Assembly: GCA_043228905.1 (NCBI GenBank)
Contig: JBHGNT010000304.1
Span: forward strand, 1-36,920
DNA from: Azolla caroliniana
Lineage: Eukaryota > Plantae > Polypodiophyta
Direction: 5' to 3'
DNA: 36,920 nt
Under the pieces are notes generated by a model, which was given only the letters and a program-made list of their open reading frames with translations, was not told the origin of the DNA and did no database searches. This document shows, piece by piece, positions 32,680-36,920 of this stretch; positions within the stretch are counted from its first letter, which is position 1; each line of letters begins with the position of its first letter. Position numbers and translations under genes: made by a program.

Positions 32680-33465
32680 TTAGAAGCGACGAATACAAGC
32701 ACGAGGGCGAAGATCGCACTGTTGGAGTAGGCGGGAGGCGGCGACGCCTAGAGCTCTTTCCTCGTCATCGGCCTTGAATTGGCGACGTTGTTGACGTTCG
32801 TCCTCTTGTCGTCGAGACATGCGGTGGCGGCGTTCGTCACCCTCTCGTCGCTCACGGCTGCTATCTCTCTCGCGCTCCTCGTCCTCTTCCTCCCAGCTAC
32901 GGTGTTCCCTTGATTGTTGGCCATGGCGTCGGCCTTCATCATTGCGTCGTTCCTCCTCGTCAGCATACAAGGCATCACGTAGGCGATCGCATCGATCTTC
33001 GGCGGGGATTCGTTCGACGTTCCTGCAGCACCGTTCCGAGGGTCTTGAGTATCGAGTGTTTTCGATCCATGGGGAGCGACGTCCTTGTTCACCTTCCTCT
33101 CTTTCGGAGCGCTCTTGTAGCTCTCGGATCTGCTTGTCGATGAAATCACCGCACTCTCGCCTCAGTTCCTCGTCACGTGGCTCATCGCGACCACGGCTAC
33201 GACGTTCCCTTTCCTCTTCGGAGTCTCTCTTGTTGTCTCTGTAGCGGCGCCCCTCCTCAAGGAACCCCTCACGACGTCGCTCGCGCCTCTCGTCATCGCA
33301 CTCCCCCTCTCGGCGTCGATCGCGCCTCTCCTCGTCAATGTCTCCCTCACGACGTCGATCGCGTCGCTCCTCTTCACGGTCCCGCCCTACAGACCTAGCA
33401 TTGGCCGCGGTACACGCGGCGAGCATGATCACGGCCATGAGGAATACGGAAGTAAGCTTTGCCAT
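32680..33465 (-). CDS. 2S albumin-like storage protein precursor, copy 20
   Basis: Translation identical to copy 1. Confidence 0.85.
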   Translation of the reverse strand: MAKLTSVFLMAVIMLAACTAANARSVGRDREEERRDRRREGDIDEERRDRRREGECDDERRERRREGFLEEGRRYRDNKRDSEEERERRSRGRDEPRDEELRRECGDFIDKQIRELQERSEREEGEQGRRSPWIENTRYSRPSERCCRNVERIPAEDRCDRLRDALYADEEERRNDEGRRHGQQSREHRSWEEEDEERERDSSRERREGDERRHRMSRRQEDERQQRRQFKADDEERALGVAASRLLQQCDLRPRACIRRF

Positions 33466-34334
33466 TGCGATTGTCCTTATGATCCCGGTGCTTGTCTCCT
33501 AATGGATTGTATTGACATTGCTCCCTCCACCTTTAATATATACACATGGCCATGCAATCAGAGCACATGCATGTCACTCACCACTCCCATTACCATAACG
33601 TGTGTGTCCTGCGTACAACTCTTGCCCAAGACCCATACCAACTAGTCCACCCTCCCACACGTCTAGGCTAGTCCTAGGTGTCGTATTGTCACCAGACAAT
33701 CTGGGCGCAACCTGTAGCGGGTACTCCTCCTCCTCGCGCGAGAGCTTGTCGAGCAACATAACATTTATACATACATAGGTAAATGTGCGCACTCGCGCGT
33801 GCGCGTAGGGGTGTGCGGGCACGTGCACATTAAACTAGAACGCGCTAGTGCCGAGACACTAAGCACGCGGAGGCTACTGCGGGACGAGTGGTGGCTCCCG
33901 AGTGTGCTACATCGATGAACGTAGATAGACCGGTGTCCGTACTCGCTCGTTCGGACGGACGAGGGGTTGGTAACGACGACGACAAGGAAAGCTAACCGGA
34001 CTACCACACTAGGAGTGTCCTATCGGGCAAGTGTGGAAGCAAGTTCACATTCGCCGCGTGTACAAGTTGACCTTAGCCTTAGCCGTTGCCGTGGCGTGTG
34101 CGGTATGGGTGTCCTGCTTTGATGTTTTTTTTTCCGTTTGGGTGGTTTGCGGTCCCTATAGGCAAATTCTATGCGTTGGTGCTCGTGTTTACGTTCGTGT
34201 TGGAGGGACGTTGGTGCTCGTGTTTACGTTCGTGTGGGTGTAATGCGCGATTGGGGAGACGCACTTGTTCGTAAACACTTACGAGAAATTAGAGAGAGAC
34301 CACGAGAATAATTTGAACAAGGTTTATGTACTAT

Positions 34335-35120
34335 TTAGAAGCGACGAATACAAGCACGAGGGCGAAGATCGCACTGTTGGAGTAGGCGGGAGGCGGCGAC
34401 GCCTAGAGCTCTTTCCTCGTCATCGGCCTTGAATTGGCGACGTTGTTGACGTTCGTCCTCTTGTCGTCGAGACATGCGGTGGCGGCGTTCGTCACCCTCT
34501 CGTCGCTCACGGCTGCTATCTCTCTCGCGCTCCTCGTCCTCTTCCTCCCAGCTACGGTGTTCCCTTGATTGTTGGCCATGGCGTCGGCCTTCATCATTGC
34601 GTCGTTCCTCCTCGTCAGCATACAAGGCATCACGTAGGCGATCGCATCGATCTTCGGCGGGGATTCGTTCGACGTTCCTGCAGCACCGTTCCGAGGGTCT
34701 TGAGTATCGAGTGTTTTCGATCCATGGGGAGCGACGTCCTTGTTCACCTTCCTCTCTTTCGGAGCGCTCTTGTAGCTCTCGGATCTGCTTGTCGATGAAA
34801 TCACCGCACTCTCGCCTCAGTTCCTCGTCACGTGGCTCATCGCGACCACGGCTACGACGTTCCCTTTCCTCTTCGGAGTCTCTCTTGTTGTCTCTGTAGC
34901 GGCGCCCCTCCTCAAGGAACCCCTCACGACGTCGCTCGCGCCTCTCGTCATCGCACTCCCCCTCTCGGCGTCGATCGCGCCTCTCCTCGTCAATGTCTCC
35001 CTCACGACGTCGATCGCGTCGCTCCTCTTCACGGTCCCGCCCTACAGACCTAGCATTGGCCGCGGTACACGCGGCGAGCATGATCACGGCCATGAGGAAT
35101 ACGGAAGTAAGCTTTGCCAT
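34335..35120 (-). CDS. 2S albumin-like storage protein precursor, copy 21
   Basis: Translation identical to copy 1. Confidence 0.85.
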   Translation of the reverse strand: MAKLTSVFLMAVIMLAACTAANARSVGRDREEERRDRRREGDIDEERRDRRREGECDDERRERRREGFLEEGRRYRDNKRDSEEERERRSRGRDEPRDEELRRECGDFIDKQIRELQERSEREEGEQGRRSPWIENTRYSRPSERCCRNVERIPAEDRCDRLRDALYADEEERRNDEGRRHGQQSREHRSWEEEDEERERDSSRERREGDERRHRMSRRQEDERQQRRQFKADDEERALGVAASRLLQQCDLRPRACIRRF

Positions 35121-35989
35121 TGCGATTGTCCTTATGATCCCGGTGCTTGTCTCCTAATGGATTGTATTGACATTGCTCCCTCCACCTTTAATATATACAC
35201 ATGGCCATGCAATCAGAGCACATGCATGTCACTCACCACTCCCATTACCATAACGTGTGTGTCCTGCGTACAACTCTTGCCCAAGACCCATACCAACTAG
35301 TCCACCCTCCCACACGTCTAGGCTAGTCCTAGGTGTCGTATTGTCACCAGACAATCTGGGCGCAACCTGTAGCGGGTACTCCTCCTCCTCGCGCGAGAGC
35401 TTGTCGAGCAACATAACATTTATACATACATAGGTAAATGTGCGCACTCGCGCGTGCGCGTAGGGGTGTGCGGGCACGTGCACATTAAACTAGAACGCGC
35501 TAGTGCCGAGACACTAAGCACGCGGAGGCTACTGCGGGACGAGTGGTGGCTCCCGAGTGTGCTACATCGATGAACGTAGATAGACCGGTGTCCGTACTCG
35601 CTCGTTCGGACGGACGAGGGGTTGGTAACGACGACGACAAGGAAAGCTAACCGGACTACCACACTAGGAGTGTCCTATCGGGCAAGTGTGGAAGCAAGTT
35701 CACATTCGCCGCGTGTACAAGTTGACCTTAGCCTTAGCCGTTGCCGTGGCGTGTGCGGTATGGGTGTCCTGCTTTGATGTTTTCTTTTCCGTTTGGGTGG
35801 TTTGCGGTCCCTATAGGCAAATTCTATGCGTTGGTGCTCGTGTTTACGTTCGTGTTGGAGGGACGTTGGTGCTCGTGTTTACGTTCGTGTGGGTGTAATG
35901 CGCGATTGGGGAGACGCACTTGTTCGTAAACACTTACGAGAAATTAGAGAGAGACCACGAGAATAATTTGAACAAGGTTTATGTACTAT

Positions 35990-36775
35990 TTAGAAGCGAC
36001 GAATACAAGCACGAGGGCGAAGATCGCACTGTTGGAGTAGGCGGGAGGCGGCGACGCCTAGAGCTCTTTCCTCGTCATCGGCCTTGAATTGGCGACGTTG
36101 TTGACGTTCGTCCTCTTGTCGTCGAGACATGCGGTGGCGGCGTTCGTCACCCTCTCGTCGCTCACGGCTGCTATCTCTCTCGCGCTCCTCGTCCTCTTCC
36201 TCCCAGCTACGGTGTTCCCTTGATTGTTGGCCATGGCGTCGGCCTTCATCATTGCGTCGTTCCTCCTCGTCAGCATACAAGGCATCACGTAGGCGATCGC
36301 ATCGATCTTCGGCGGGGATTCGTTCGACGTTCCTGCAGCACCGTTCCGAGGGTCTTGAGTATCGAGTGTTTTCGATCCATGGGGAGCGACGTCCTTGTTC
36401 ACCTTCCTCTCTTTCGGAGCGCTCTTGTAGCTCTCGGATCTGCTTGTCGATGAAATCACCGCACTCTCGCCTCAGTTCCTCGTCACGTGGCTCATCGCGA
36501 CCACGGCTACGACGTTCCCTTTCCTCTTCGGAGTCTCTCTTGTTGTCTCTGTAGCGGCGCCCCTCCTCAAGGAACCCCTCACGACGTCGCTCGCGCCTCT
36601 CGTCATCGCACTCCCCCTCTCGGCGTCGATCGCGCCTCTCCTCGTCAATGTCTCCCTCACGACGTCGATCGCGTCGCTCCTCTTCACGGTCCCGCCCTAC
36701 AGACCTAGCATTGGCCGCGGTACACGCGGCGAGCATGATCACGGCCATGAGGAATACGGAAGTAAGCTTTGCCAT
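35990..36775 (-). CDS. 2S albumin-like storage protein precursor, copy 22
   Basis: Translation identical to copy 1. Confidence 0.85.
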   Translation of the reverse strand: MAKLTSVFLMAVIMLAACTAANARSVGRDREEERRDRRREGDIDEERRDRRREGECDDERRERRREGFLEEGRRYRDNKRDSEEERERRSRGRDEPRDEELRRECGDFIDKQIRELQERSEREEGEQGRRSPWIENTRYSRPSERCCRNVERIPAEDRCDRLRDALYADEEERRNDEGRRHGQQSREHRSWEEEDEERERDSSRERREGDERRHRMSRRQEDERQQRRQFKADDEERALGVAASRLLQQCDLRPRACIRRF

Positions 36776-36920
36776 TGCGATTGTCCTTATGATCCCGGTG
36801 CTTGTCTCCTAATGGATTGTATTGACATTGCTCCCTCCACCTTTAATATATACACATGGCCATGCAATCAGAGCACATGCATGTCACTCACCACTCCCAT
36901 TACCATAACGTGTGTGTCCT

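Larger units (their letters stand above)
1..36920. repeat. Head-to-tail tandem gene array, 1,655-bp unit, about 22.3 copies, continuing past both window edges
   Basis: Every ORF in the six-frame track recurs at exactly +1,655 bp (1235, 2890, 4545 ... 35990). No indels seen; only six substitution sites noticed among the copies. Confidence 0.99.

Overview
The whole window is one near-perfect head-to-tail tandem array of a 1,655-bp unit (about 22.3 copies), and it is cut off at both ends. Each unit has one intronless minus-strand gene (786 bp, 261 aa) and an 869-bp spacer; there are 22 complete copies plus a 5' part at 1-365. The protein has an N-terminal signal peptide and is very rich in Arg, Glu and Asp (hand count: 68 R, 49 E, 25 D). 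It carries a degenerate prolamin-superfamily / 2S-albumin cysteine skeleton (C..CC..xRC..L-x-x-x-C..C), so it is best read as a land-plant 2S albumin-like seed or spore storage protein precursor. Its Arg-richness and PSERCC motif resemble gymnosperm or fern albumins, but that comparison is from memory, not a search. Each spacer holds a compact maturation-type promoter: TATA box, RY/Sph CATGCATG, a legumin-box-like motif, and ACGT/G-box elements. I found only six variant sites and no indels. Most shared variants sit in blocks of neighbouring copies, which points to very recent amplification or concerted evolution; an assembly artefact still has to be excluded. I saw no RNA genes, CRISPR array or transposase.
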